64,000 nucleotides of DNA, from NCBI RefSeq assembly GCF_006345805.1, contig NC_043002.1:21762001-21826000 (forward strand), written 5' to 3'. Under the pieces are notes generated by a model that worked only from the letters and a program-made list of their open reading frames with translations, ran no database searches and was not told the DNA's origin. Shown piece by piece: positions 25,952-38,694 of this stretch (position 1 is the first letter of the stretch; the number at the start of each line of letters is the position of its first letter). The DNA comes from Octopus sinensis. Taxonomy: Eukaryota. The position numbers and the translations under genes were made by a program.

Positions 25952-26085
25952 GTAGCTTGCTTACAAACCACATGGTTCCAGGTTCAGTCCCACTGCATGG
26001 CACCTTGGGCAAGTGTCTTCTACTATAGCCTTGGGCTGACCAAAGCCTTGTGAGTGGATTTGGTAGACGGAAACTGAAAGAAACC

Positions 26086-26129
<44 letters not shown>

Positions 26130-26360
26130 TTATGTTTGTGTGTCTTTGTTTGTCCCCCCACTCCACCCCAACATCGCTTGACAACCAACCGATGCTGGTG
26201 TGTTTATGTCCCTGTAACTTTGTGGTTCAGCAAAAGAGACCAATGGAATAAATACTAGGCTTACAAAGAATAAATCCTGGGGTCGATTTGCTCGACTAAA
26301 GGCGGTGCTCCAGCATGGCCACAGTCACATGACTGAAGCAAGTAAAAGAGTAAAGAGAGT
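25952..26360 (+). mobile_element. SINE family A (5' truncated)
   Basis: Collinear with the 16067 copy. Confidence 0.88.
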
Positions 26361-27157
26361 ATATGACAGTGAGAGAGAAAGAGAGAGAGAGAGTTAGTTG
26401 GGTTCAGTGTATTAAATATTACCTTTGTATGTTGCTAGAATAAGAAGTATTGGTGAAAGTCCCATATTTGATGACACAAAAGACTCATGCATATTAGATG
26501 CTCCTAAATTTCAGCAGCAGATATTCAGGAAAAAAAAAAAGGGAGAGATTTCAGTGTATTAAAACATGTGATATCGGTTCAACTTCGTGTATACTACCCA
26601 GAGTAATTTCTGGAGATATTTTTTTTTTTTTTGGTGAGGATGGGGGACAATGTGTATGCTGTCAAATACAGAATTTAATGAAGAGATAGCTGAGATGTGG
26701 TGTGGTTTGGGAAGTGAAACACACTGCAAATGTAACTAGAGAGGTAAAGGTGCAGCAACAGTAGGGAGTGAGTTAACTTGGGTATAGTTCAGAAGAAACA
26801 TGGGTCTTTGTAGTAGTAGTAGTAGCTGCAGCAGCAGTAGTAGTAGCAGTAGTAGTAGTAGTAGTAATGGTGGTGGTAATGGTAGTGCTAGCTGTAGATT
26901 GTCAGTTTGAATTTTTTTAAAACTTTTTAACAGTTTTTTTTTTCTTTTTTTTGGTATGTGGTTGTACATGTAGGTGTTTGTTGAGTAGGTGTGAGTCAGT
27001 CCAAATGGAGGGAATGTGTCTAGTGTGTAGTTTAATGCATGCCCCATGGGTAACACCATGATTGAAATTAAGTACACAGCTGTGCAGAACACCCATGTGT
27101 CTAGTATTGTGGAATCTGACTGTTGTAGTAGTAGTAGTAGCCTATCGCCATCATTAA

Positions 27158-27363
27158 CCCTTTTGTTACAAACCCGGCTGAAACCGGCTCTGGCTCTGAG
27201 TACAAATGTCTTGTTTTCATAAGTTTTGAATTAGAATTAGTCACAATTTATGTTCATAACACTAGCTTAATGATAACTAAGTTATTTTACTAAATTCTTT
27301 GTTATATTGAAAGTAATTGAAAGAAACACAGAGCGTCTCAAAATAAATACAGTAACGAAAGGG
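27158..27363. mobile_element. piggyBac-type MITE, family 1
   Basis: TTAA at 27154-27157 and 27364-27367. TIRs CCCTTTTGTTAC / GTAACGAAAGGG (11/12). Confidence 0.85.
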
Positions 27364-28290
27364 TTAAGATCATCATCAAAACCATTCTAAGGAAGTATCT
27401 CATAAAATAAATCTTTTAATGATACACTATTGAATACAGTGCACCATGGAGTGTGTTAAGCATGAACGCACACAAGCACACACATGTATGTTGATGTATA
27501 CATGCATACATGCATGAAACCTCAGTAAAATACACATATATTTCTTATTGCATCTCTTTCTGTCTCTTCACACACACACACACTCACACACATGCATGTA
27601 CATATGTATATTTATGCCTGTCGATGTGCATGTATGTGTGTGTATGTAATTGTAAAGTCACTGATACATTACATGAAGTTTTACAGATGTAAGAGATATG
27701 CCTGATCATTTAGATGCTTACTTCGGAGTTGCACAACACAACTTGGAACATTCTCAACAAGGATTTACTCTGTTCACCCAGAGCATGCATCTGTCACCTT
27801 TGTTTTTGCGAGAAACTGTTCATAATACTAAAGCACACAGTATTTTTGTAACAGGAAAATTGGAATGTTATTTTTCTGCCATCAATGGAGCTCTCTGCAT
27901 ATGACATTAGCTATCAATAACATTTTGTATTTACTCCATATATAGCAAAATCCTACGGTACCTCTGAACAAGAAAGCTCTTGTATTGCTCCTGCTAATGG
28001 AGTTTTTAGGTAACTAACTGTAAGCTGTTACTATCATCCAGTAAATTCCAGTAAATTTTGCCCAAAGTTTCAACTTCCCTGAAATTTCATTGGAATTTCT
28101 AACCAATACAAGGAAGAATACTCCTACTCCCTCAACAAGAATTACCTCCCATTCAATTTCGTCAACAGCTGTTGAGACACCAGCTTCATCTCATGATCCA
28201 AACTAGCCAATGAGAATGAGCCTTAGTAACTATCCAATGACTAACTGTCATTGGATGATTACAGGAGAAAATATTCTGCAATCCTAACAT

Positions 28291-28692
28291 GGTGCAGGAG
28301 TGGCTGTGTGGTAAGTAGCTTGCTTACCAACCACATGGTTCTGGGTTCAGTCCCACTATATGGCATCTTGGGCAAGTGTCTTCTACTATAGCCTCAACCT
28401 GACCAAAGCCTTGTGAGTGGATTTGGTAGACGGAAACTGAAAGAAGCCCGTCGTATATATGTATATGTATGTGTATATATGTGTGTGTGTTTGTGTGCCT
28501 GTGTTTGTCCCCACAACATCGCTTGACAACTGATGCTGGTATGTTTACGTCCCCGTAACCTAGTGGTTCAGCAAAAGAGACCAATAGAATAAGTACTAGG
28601 CTTACAAGGAATAACTCCTAGGGTCAATTTGCTCGACTGAAGGCAATGCTCCAGCATGGCCACAGTCAAATGACTGAAACAAGTAAAAGAGT
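28291..28692 (+). mobile_element. SINE family A
   Basis: Collinear full-length copy. Confidence 0.9.
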
Positions 28693-28694
28693 AT

Positions 28695-29251
28695 GTATAA
28701 GCAGTGATTAAGCAAGGGCCAGCTTCTGGAACCCATTGCCAAACATGGGCATTTTGAACAAAGAATTCACTACAAATTAATTCAGGATGGTTGAACTATT
28801 GATGCCAACCTGTATTCTGAACAGCTGGAGCAGATGTATGCCACTGTGCAGCAAAAATATTTGGTGTTAATTAACAGAGAGTGAGCTGTTCTGCAGCACA
28901 ACAACACAAAACCTCATATCACTTGAATAACCTGGAATAAACTCCAGAATCTTGGGAGAATCGAATAGATGCCACACCCAGCATATAGTCTGGACCTAGC
29001 TCCCTTGGATTATTACTGTTCTGATACAAGGTTCACTCCCTGCACTTTTGACACTTCATCAACCAAGAGGAGGTGGAAGTTTCAGTGAACTAGTTCTTAG
29101 CCTCGGTGAGATCAAGGTACTGGCAGAAAAGTAACTTCAGACAGTTCAACATGATGGCTTCGACTTTGAATGCAAGACTGCCTTTGTTGTAACTTTACAA
29201 ATAAAGCAAATGATTTACCAAAATATTGCCTAACTTTTGACTCGGCACAAT
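28695..29251 (+). mobile_element. Decayed mariner transposon, 3' half
   Basis: Translation IHYKLIQDG*TIDANLYSEQLEQMY...VLQHNNTKPH...MPHPAYSLDLAPLDYY matches the mariner HDNARPH and YSPDLAPSDY motifs. TIR-like end near 29225-29251. A SINE abuts the 5' side. Confidence 0.82.
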
Positions 29252-29986
29252 CATCATCATCATCATCATCGTCGTTTAATGTCCGTTTTCCGCGCTAGCA
29301 TGGGTTGGACGGTTCGACCGGGGTCTGGGAAGCCAGGGGCTGCACCAGGCTCCAGTCTGATCTGGCAGAGTTTCTACAGCTGGATGCCCTTCCTAACGCC
29401 AACCACTCCGCGAGTGTAGTGGGTGCTTTTTACGTGCCACCTGCACAGGTGCCAGGGGGTGTCCGGCATCGGCCACAATCGGTTGGAGCTTTTAACGTGC
29501 CACCGGCACGGAAGCCAGCCAAGGCGGCGCTGGCAACGGCCACGTTCGGATGGTGCTTTTTATGTGCTACCGGCACAGAAGCCAGTTGGGCCAGCACTGG
29601 CAACGGCCACATTCAGATGGTGCTTTTTATGTGCCACCGGCACAGAAGCCAGTCGAGGCGGCACTGGCGATGGCCACGTATGGATGGTGCTTTTTATGTG
29701 CCACCGGCACAGGTATCACAACTACTATTTCCATTGATATTTATTTCGATGTTCATGTACTTGACTCAACAGGTCTCCTCAAGCACAGCGAGACGTTCCG
29801 GGATCCAGGGTACTTTGAATGGGCAGGGGGCTATACGGAACTGGTGCAGGAAACAGCCCGGGTCTTTTCAGTCACAGCATATCTCCAGAGATCTCGGTCC
29901 TTCGCCATTGCCTCAGTGAGGCCCAACGCTCTGAGGTCATGCTTGACTACCTCATCCCATGTCTTCCTGGGTCTACCTCTCCCCCT
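29250..29986 (-). mobile_element. RTE-clade LINE 3' end (ORF C-terminus, 3' UTR, (GAT)n tail)
   Basis: Minus-strand translation GRGRPRKTWDEVVKHDLRALGLTEAMAKDRDLWRYAVTEKTR, followed by a tandem-repeat UTR and the family C tail. Confidence 0.88.
29422..29713 (-). repeat. Tandem array of 67-bp GC-rich units in the RTE 3' UTR
   Basis: Motif gg(t/a)gcttt...gtgc(c/t)acc(g/t)gcac starts at 29422, 29485, 29552, 29619 and 29686. Confidence 0.92.
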
Positions 29987-30280
29987 GATAGTGAATCCTA
30001 GTAGATTTCATGTTGTCATATATTTTACATGTAATGTATCTTTGTGTTTAATTTAGGTTCGTTTTTGGCAATTAGTAAAGCTTCCTTAATGGTTGTTCTC
30101 TCTTTTTTTCTTTTTTTTTCCCCCCAATTCTTTGTAAAATTATAGTGTTGTCAGTGAATGGTTTTTGTGCCTACATTTATTTTGCATATTACAATGGGAC
30201 CATATTTGGATGTAGTTGTGTTTTTAATTTGTTTCAAAGAAAAGTTATCATCTATTTACACTCATACACACATTATGCAA

Positions 30281-30386
30281 TTTATTATTATTATTATTAT
30301 TATTATTAATATTGTTATTATTATTAATATTATCATTATTATTATTATCATTATTATCATCATTATTATTATTATTATTATTATTA

Positions 30387-30431
<45 letters not shown>

Positions 30432-30460
30432 CATTATTACTATTATTATCATTATGCTTT
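30281..30460. repeat. (ATT)n microsatellite
   Basis: Direct inspection. Confidence 0.95.
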
Positions 30461-30699
30461 TCATCTGCATGTTTGATACAATCACTTGCTGGGTCACACC
30501 CAGTGCCCTAGGTCAAGTTATTGTTATTACTATATTATCAATATTATTACTTTCATCACCATCATCACTGTTTTATTATCTTCATTATTATTTTTTTTAT
30601 CACTATAATAATTTAGGTAATGTTCAGTATTATGATGTCTCTAATATAGTAATGAGACTTTAAAAAAAATCTGTTTGCCTCAGTCTGTATGGCTGACAA

Positions 30700-31500
30700 A
30701 ATAGATTTTGTCTCCTATTTCATGGATGAATGGTCAGTAACATAAAAAGAAAATTATATTGCAAATTCATAACAGGGAAAAACATTTTTTTTAATTACTA
30801 TAGTAACGGAGAAAAATGTATAAATTTGTGGACAACATTGCAACACTTGCTTTGCCAATTCTGATATACAACAAGGTTCCTTTCTAAACCCTATACTCTT
30901 TCTTCTGTACATTAGCAAGCTACATATCGTCATTCTCAACAACACCCCTTTTATCCAGCTGATATCACTCTTCATTTCTCTCTAATCTGCAGAGCACAAA
31001 TATCATCCACATGAAATTTAGATACCTGATCCAATCTTGTTCTGCTTTCTTGAACAGAGACCTTACAAGCATACACCAATGAGCTGTATTTATTGTACTT
31101 GCCTCCACAGAGGTACAATGACTGCATGTATCTAGGCAATACTTGTTTACCCTCACCTAGTCATAGTCAACATGCAGCTAAAACCTTCAAACTCATTACC
31201 ACTGATGATCTCCCTTTGTGATCTCACATACACGACATAACAAACAATGCATCCCTAAAATGGGTTTCCTCTTTTAGGCTCTGAATATACTACAGCTTCT
31301 TACAGTCACTAACGTTTTACTAAGTTCAACTGAGAGCCACCTCTTTGAATGATGATACTACATCAGTGACAGTGCTTTTGCAGCAGATCCCGACACTCTA
31401 AGCCACCACACATACACACAAAAAAAAGACAGAGAAAGACTACATTCAAATTTCTGACCTACAGATATGCCATACCTCTCTCTATCTAGTTTACACCTGC
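30700..31500 (+). mobile_element. Decayed CR1/L2/Jockey-group LINE reverse-transcriptase remnant
   Basis: Translation SDIQQGSFLNPILFLLYISKL...(Y)PADITLHFS...FLNRDLTSIHQ* fits GVPQGSVLGPLLFLLYINDL...YADDTTL...LNxDLxxIxxW. Confidence 0.75.
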
Positions 31501-31796
31501 TGCTGTCTTCTCTGTCTTAGGAGCCATCTTGGTTTCGTGACATCTCTACTCAGGCTTATCCAGTTCTCTTATCTTTCCTCCTCATGCCATCCATATCGTG
31601 TGTGTCTCTCTCTCTGCCCTACATGCATGTTCTACTTCAATCGTCCTTCCCCAAGAGAATCTAATCCCTCTGCAGGCCTCCACCTTCTGCTTGTTTATTC
31701 TGCAGTTATAGTCTTCCAACTATTCAAGAAAACATGAAAGATTAAATAAAAACACGGAAGACTAAATAAAAATAAATGATGTCATCATAACAATTA

Positions 31797-31889
31797 CACA
31801 CACACACACACACACACAACCACACACACACACACACACACACACACATGCACACACACACACACACACACACACACCACACACACACA

Positions 31890-31920
<31 letters not shown>

Positions 31921-31942
31921 CAACACACACACACACACACAC
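31797..31942. repeat. (CA)n microsatellite
   Basis: Direct inspection. Confidence 0.95.
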
Positions 31943-33255
31943 TTATGTGAGACTTAGTATTTTTATGTATTAAACCAAAACAAAATATAAATCAGTTGAA
32001 ATCATTCCACATAATGCAGAGAGATCTGTAGTGTTAATAATTATTTTTGTCAAAGCCAAGGGGGACAATCCTGAATTACAAATTGATGAAATATGAGGAG
32101 GCAGGCAGTGGTAAGTAAGACTTCAGCTCCAGTGACATGTTTTCTGTCCAGTTTGACTTCCTTAGCAAAGCAAAGTGTAACTGTTATGAACCTTCATACA
32201 TTTACATGTGTGTATGTGTGTATATCTTAACACACTGAATACTCATGTTCTCAGCATACATTTATTAGAACTAGGAGTGTGTAGAGTTTGCCTTGTAAAT
32301 ATGTGAGTGTGTATGTGTATACACACATACTTTTAAAAGTATGTAGAATCTGATGCATAATCATCTTCATCATTATAGTCTTCATCATCATCATCATAAT
32401 CCTCTACATCTTCATCATCTTCACTTAACATTTGTGCTCTATACTGACCTGAGTTTCAGTGGTTCTTTTGGTCTGAGTGATTTCTTATTTGAAGCTACTG
32501 CACTCTTAGACAGGCCAGAGAGAGCATTTCTTACCCATTACATTCTCTTTTTGGTATGGTTCTAGAGTTGGATCACTTTACAGAATGTATGAGATTCATT
32601 TTACCATGGCACCAGCACTAGAGATGCTGCTTTGTCCCCAGCAAAGCTAAAGAGTATGCTCCTCGTTGTTACTATTTGTTTCAAGTGACATCATTGAAAG
32701 AGTGAATGGAGAAAGAATATGAAAGAGAGAGAGCTATGGTGAAAGGGTAATAGAAAGAGAGAGTATGATAAAAAATAAACAGCAATTAAGAGTGAAAGTA
32801 TGATTGAGGAGGGATGAGAGAGAGAGAGAGAGGGCAAGACAATGAGGCAGCTACATGTTGGTTGTTTGTAATGAATTGGAAAAAGAGCATGAGTGGTGTG
32901 ATGAGAGAAGAGAAATTGACCAGAGGATGAGAGAATGATGAAAGAGGGAGTAATGGAAGTGAAAGAGTAGGGGGGGGAAAAGTAAATTGGCATCAAAAAT
33001 GTGTAATAGAACTGGAAGTTTTGTGTGTGTGCGTGTGATGGATGGCAAGGAAGATGGGTGATGTTGTGATTGATATTTTCCCTAACTATATACTTCCCTC
33101 TATTATTGATCAAGTATTTACTAACTCTCTCTTAGTGCTGGATACTAAAGATATCGTTTTATACATGTGCAAACGTATCTCTCACAAGTCCATAAGAAAC
33201 TACTTTTCATTTCCACCTTTTGGACGAAGGACACTGAGGGTCCTATTATATAAAA

Positions 33256-33488
33256 CGCGGTGAGCTGGCAGAAACATTAACATGCCAGGCGAAATGCATA
33301 GTGATATTTCGTCTGCTGTTACGTTCTGAGTTCAAATTTCGCCAAGGTCGACTTTGCCTTTCATCCTTTCAGGGTCGATTAAATAAGTACCAGTTACTTA
33401 CTGGGGTCAGTGTTATCAACTTAATCTCTTTGTCTGTCCTTGTTTGTCCCCTCTATGTATAACCTCCTGTGGGCAATAAAGAAAAAGA
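33256..33488 (+). mobile_element. SINE family B copy
   Basis: gagctggcagaaac...ctgagttcaaatt...gcctttcatcctttc...aagtaccagtt. Older copies lie near 8915-9070, 9465-9630(-), 9885-9980, 11775-11985, 18990-19135, 48620-48800, 51140-51345(-), 53550-53750 and 58250-58430(-). Confidence 0.85.
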
Positions 33489-33509
33489 ATATATATATAT
33501 ATATATTGA

Positions 33510-33911
33510 GGCGCAGGAGTGGCTGTGTGGTAAGTAGCTTGCTAACCAACCACATGATTCTGGGTTCAGTCCCACTGCGTGGCATCTTGGGCAAGTGTCT
33601 TCTACTATAGCCCCGGGCCGACCAATGCCTTGTGAGTGGATTTGGTAGACGGAAACTGAAAGAAGCCTGTCGTATATATGTATATATATATAAGTGTGTG
33701 TGTATATGTTTGTGTGCCTGTGTTTGTCCCCCTAGCATTGCTTGACAACCGATGCTGATGTGTTTACGTCCCCGCCACTTAGCGGTTCGGCAAAAGAGAC
33801 TGATAGAATAAGTACTGGGCTTACAAAGAATAAGTCCCGGGGTCGATTTTCTCGACTAAAGGCGGTGCTCCAGCATGGCCGCAGTCAAATGACTGAAACA
33901 AGTAAAAGAGT
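33510..33911 (+). mobile_element. SINE family A
   Basis: Collinear full-length copy directly behind a family B SINE. Partial copies lie near 5978-6200(-), 56040-56210 and 61080-61230(-). Confidence 0.9.
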
Positions 33912-34197
33912 ATTGTTATATTTAGGAATGGAAATTTTTTGGTTTTTGCCATATGGACACGGACACACACACACACTATATATTTGTTCTTCGTTTGCTT
34001 ATTACTGTTCTTATTTTATTTCATGTCCATTGGACATGAAATAAAATAAGAACAGCAATAAACAAGTGAAAAACGAATATGTAGTGTGTGTATTTATTTG
34101 GCAAAAAAAAAAAAAACAAGCAAAGGGAAATGAACATCAAAATATAACAATATTTGTTTCAACACACTATTTCACATCAGGAATCTTGCAAAACAAA

Positions 34198-34248
<51 letters not shown>

Positions 34249-34289
34249 GCATGTGTGTGTGTGTGTGTGTGTGTATATTTATCACTGTG

Positions 34290-34720
34290 TTGACCAGACC
34301 AACAAATCTTGTTACTCACCACTGGTCACAATGTGATTCCAATATTGTCTTGATTGCGTCATTCTTTTCCATCTTGGTCCAAATTGCTTGACTAAATCAT
34401 CTCCGTGTCATCATGGAGGCCTTCCAAGTGACCTTTTCCAATCACCACATGGCAAATTCATAGATCCACCTGTTGTCTGTGAACCTTGTGACATGTCCTG
34501 CCCTGTGAAGCTTGTGTTTTCAGTACCCCTTCATTACATCGTTCACTCTGTTCCGTTCTTGAATTATCTCGTTTTGAATGCGCTCTTGTAAAGTAACGAT
34601 GTTCCTAGCATAGAACTTTCCATGGCCCTTTGCATCATAACCAATCAGTGTCCTGTCCTCCTATGTAGTAGCCCATGTCTCATTTGTGTATAAGAGCGCA
34701 GATAGGATGGTGCATATGTA
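34290..34720 (-). mobile_element. RTE-like LINE C-terminal remnant
   Basis: Minus-strand translation LHRAGHVTRFTDNRWI...KRSLGRPP...DDLVKQFGPRWKRMTQSRQYW fits WAGHVxRxxDNRW...RxxGRPxxRWxDD. Confidence 0.75.
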
Positions 34721-35195
34721 TAAAATTACACACACACGTACACACACATACACAAAAAATTTCAGCTTTCAATATGATTCAAGTATACCTTGTCTTTCAG
34801 TATTGAGTGCCCTTCTCTCTCCTTGTCTGCACTTATGAATGATAACACACACGCACACACACACACACACCATCACTGTCGTCATCATCATCATTATCAT
34901 CGTAATCATCATTTAATGTCCACTTTTCCATAATTCCATGAATTAAACAGAATTTCTTGAGTCAGAATTTCTACAACCTGATGCTCTTGCTGTTGCCAAC
35001 CCTTACCTGTTTCCAAGCAAAGTAATTTTATCTCATAGCTAGACATGGTTCTCATGGGAGATAGGAAATGAATAACCTTGTATGACAATGGTGTTCATAT
35101 ACAACCATTATATGATGTCTAGACAATGGTACACACTCAGACACACTTATAAATACATTCATATATATATGTGTGTGTGTGTGAATATATATTAC

Positions 35196-35226
<31 letters not shown>

Positions 35227-35499
35227 ATATATGTATCTTCGCGGTGCACCCACCTGCCCACCCCCACCATCAATACCGGATATCTCTATATTTTGCTCCA
35301 TCTATACCGGATGTCGCTTCTCCCACCACCATTATAGGTGTCTACTCTTCGAACCCCCCTCTTCAATACGCTATTTCACCATGCATTACCCCTCTCTCGA
35401 TATCCTACGTTCTACTTGCCTAGAACCTGTCATCATTTCTCTGAACCACCCCTCCCCACTGGTGCTCCCCTATATTTCTGCACCCCCCCCCATAAAAAA

Positions 35500-35740
35500 A
35501 AAGCACCATCCGAAACGTGGCCGATGCCAGACCCCTCTGGCACCTGTGCAGGTGGCACGTAAAAAACACCCACTACACTCGCGGAGTGGTTGGCGTTAGG
35601 AAGGGCATCCAGCTGTAGAAACACTGCCAGACTAGACTGGAGCCTGGGGCAGTCCCGAGCCCCCAGACCTTCGAAACCGTCCAACCCGTGCTAGCGCGGA
35701 AAACGGACTTAACGATGATGATGATGATGATGATGATGAT
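35500..35740 (+). mobile_element. Family C RTE 3'-tail copy
   Basis: Close match to the reverse complement of 29250-29480. Another partial copy lies at ~6329-6480. Confidence 0.85.
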
Positions 35741-36519
35741 ATATATATAGATTTGTGTAAGTATATATACTTACATTATATTCATACATACCTATATATA
35801 TTTATAAGTGACATATTTGTATATATATTATATATTACTGGCACTTCATCCAATACAATGGTGAGTGTTTCATTTGATCCAACAGCTGAACAACCTGTTT
35901 ATGAAAGTGAAAGTAACATGCAAGTCACAGGTATGCACATCCTTGATGTAGCTCTCAGGGAGATTCAGTGTGACACAGAATGTGACAAAGCTGGCTCTTT
36001 TAAATACAGACACTGCTCATTTTTACCAGTTGAGTGGAGTGGAGCAATGTGGAATTGAGTGCCTTGCTCAAGGTTACAATGTGTTGCTGGTTATTAAATT
36101 CATGACCTTACGATCTTGAGCTGAATACCCTAATGACTGAACCACATGTCTTTATATGTATGTGTTTAAATATATATATATATGTGTATATATATATATA
36201 TAAAATTACACACACACATATACACTAGCACATGAACACACTACATGCATATATATGTATGCATGTATGATAAACTCCTCGATTAGCATCCGCTTTTTAT
36301 GCTGACATTGACTGAACAGGTTGTCAATGTCTGAGTCAGTTTTTATTCAGTGTTAAAAGACCTCATTGATGGCTCAGCTCAGAGGAGCATATCTCATTCA
36401 GACACACAATTTTGGAATGGTTTCTACTGCCTGATGTCCTTCCTAACAGCAACCACTTTATTTACACAGTACTGTGGCCGCAGTGCTAGGGAGGTTCATA
36501 TATCATGAACAGAAATGAA

Positions 36520-36737
36520 CACTTAGCATTTAAACCAGCCATATCAGGCCCAACTACTCTACTTGTTATGTGTTCAAATTGACCAGATCCAGAGTCTCAC
36601 ACCTACCCTACAATGTCATCCTATAATATAAACTGTCACATCATCAACATCTCAAAGCTATGATATAATGCATTATTGATTTAAAACAAGGTGAATAAAT
36701 AAACATTACATTTGACAGAATAACTAAAATGCTAAAG
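36520..36737. mobile_element. piggyBac-type MITE, family 2 copy
   Basis: Shares ttagcatttaaacc(a/g)gccatatc...ctcacacctaccctacaat...gataatgcat with 5539-5760. Confidence 0.7.
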
Positions 36738-37919
36738 TCCATTTTGTTACTGTGTTGGCTCCTCTCTCCAACTGAACACTTTTCTGGGTGTATTGGGTGC
36801 GTTGTGTTATTACATCTGCACTAATGGAATCGTTTTGTACTTCAGAAGAATGAAAAACTTGCATCACTTAATGCTGTTTGTGTTTGTTTGAGGCAATAAG
36901 ATGAAATGGGTGATTAGAAGAAGGTATTGACTGAAAATGAACTTGAGTGGGAGTTGGAAGGGAGTAAGAATATGATGTGAGGTACAAAATGTCTTGGGTG
37001 ACATGTGTGTGTGTATTGATATGTGTATGCATGCAAAAAAATGTATGAATGCATGTGTGTGTGTGTGTGTGTGTGTGTGTTCTCGTCTATTTTTAATGAT
37101 TTCAAATCTTCTTGTAAGGAAGGAGCTGCTTTCTAACAAAGATACAAAGCTCCATTGTCGGAACGTAGATGACAAATGTTTTAGGTGACATGTGTATCTG
37201 TGTGTATGTGTGTGAATGCATGTTGTGTGTGTGTATGCATGTTGTGAGTGTGTATATGTAAGTATTGATGGGGGGCATTCAGTTTTATCATGTTCTAGCA
37301 CACTCAAGTGTAAAAATGTTTTTCTGCTGCGAGGGTGTTGCATTGAAGGACAACTTCTCCTTATAGATGCTGTGTGCAAAGGACGCACATGCTCCAAGGA
37401 ACATAAATGAAAGGAACTAAAGACAGTGCTTTTGCATGATTTATCACCTCTTAAGTTGTAGACACCATGTGTATCTTTCGAGCTAATACATGCTACTACT
37501 TCTACACAGAGAAATCAGCAAACACAACCTGTGCTGGTGCATGCGTCAGCTTGCCAAGCCGGTGCAGGCAATAATCAATCTCAGTTTGACAAGGCTGCAA
37601 ATGTTGCATCTGCTTATTTCTTTGGATACAAGGAACAGGTTCCTTTAGTTCCAAAGGTTCAAATGGTATCTTCAGCTGAAGAGGTGGTAATCTCTTGCTG
37701 AAGCACTGGCTCTAGTTATCCACTTATGTCCCTCAGAGCAAGTGTACTCTCTGATATGATACCCTGCAACTCAAGAATGATTTTCATGTTTGATTGTGCA
37801 AGAACATGATAAGAATCAATGCACACATCAATATTTTGAATTTGGCTTTTCTGCATATTTGCGATTATTTATGCATACATAACACATATTATGTACTTGT
37901 ATATATGTGTATAAATAAG

Positions 37920-37955
<36 letters not shown>

Positions 37956-38495
37956 TATATATAAATACAGTGGAAGGTTGATAGATAGATAGGTAGGTAG
38001 GTAGGTAGGTAGGTAGATAGATAGATAGATTCTTTTTTATTTTAAAGCTTACTTACAGTTTGTAAGAGGTTTCATTACCAGGCAGAGTAGCTGGTTCTAG
38101 AATCCTCAGAATTTAGGAATGTTTTTCGAAGCTGTTCTATGTCGAAGATTAAGTGTCTTGCAAGTTGTAAGCAATATTCAAAATATAAAATAACACATTC
38201 TACTTTCAAACTTGTTGAGAAACACTTTGATTTGCAGATATCTTAGCTGTATCACTAGGGATACTTGTACCTTTATACAGGTAGAAATATTAGTAGATAG
38301 ATAGATAGATAGACGGATATAGAACCATGTGTAAAAGATTCATTCATGTAAAACAGCTCCAAAATATAAAAATATGTATAAAAATGATTTGAACTTGAGA
38401 AGAATTGAGGTGGGCAAGAATATGGTGTGTGTGTATGTGTATGTTTATTAAAGTATCCCCCTCAATCTATCTCTTGTAATTATTTGGTTTTCCAG

Positions 38496-38694
38496 GTGGC
38501 GGCGTTACAAAAAGTCTCTCAGTACCACTTCCATTACAGGCAATGCAAGCCCCCTGTTGGTGGCTCCAGTTCACAGCCGGTATGAGCCTGTACCATCGCC
38601 ACTGGCCACAGATACCACCACTACTACTACTACCACCACCACCAACACAACCACTACTACCATCAACAATACTTCTTCTTCTTCACCCTACCGG
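38496..38694 (+). CDS. Internal coding exon of an unidentified host gene: (x)WRRYKKSLSTTSITGNASPLLVAPVHSRYEPVPSPLATD-poly(T)-INNTSSSSPYR
   Basis: Pyrimidine-rich acceptor 'tttggttttccag|' ends at 38495 and donor '|gtatgg' starts at 38695. Length 199 nt = 1 nt + 66 stop-free codons. GC-rich island in very AT-rich flanks. Absent from the ORF track because it has no start codon. Confidence 0.75.

Noticed and set aside
29422-29713. CRISPR-like appearance (constant palindromic repeat with variable segments)
   Set aside because: The intervening segments are homologous to each other, the array lies in a eukaryotic LINE 3' UTR, and no cas genes are present.
29305-30056. 204-aa and 168-aa ORFs
   Set aside because: They are antisense read-throughs of the GC-rich RTE 3' UTR repeats; the same pseudo-peptide (LDALPNANHS) recurs at the family C copies.
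31075-31175. Apparent GIY-YIG-like Penelope motif (CIYCTC...YLGNT)
   Set aside because: It lies collinearly within a CR1-type RT remnant that explains the sequence better.
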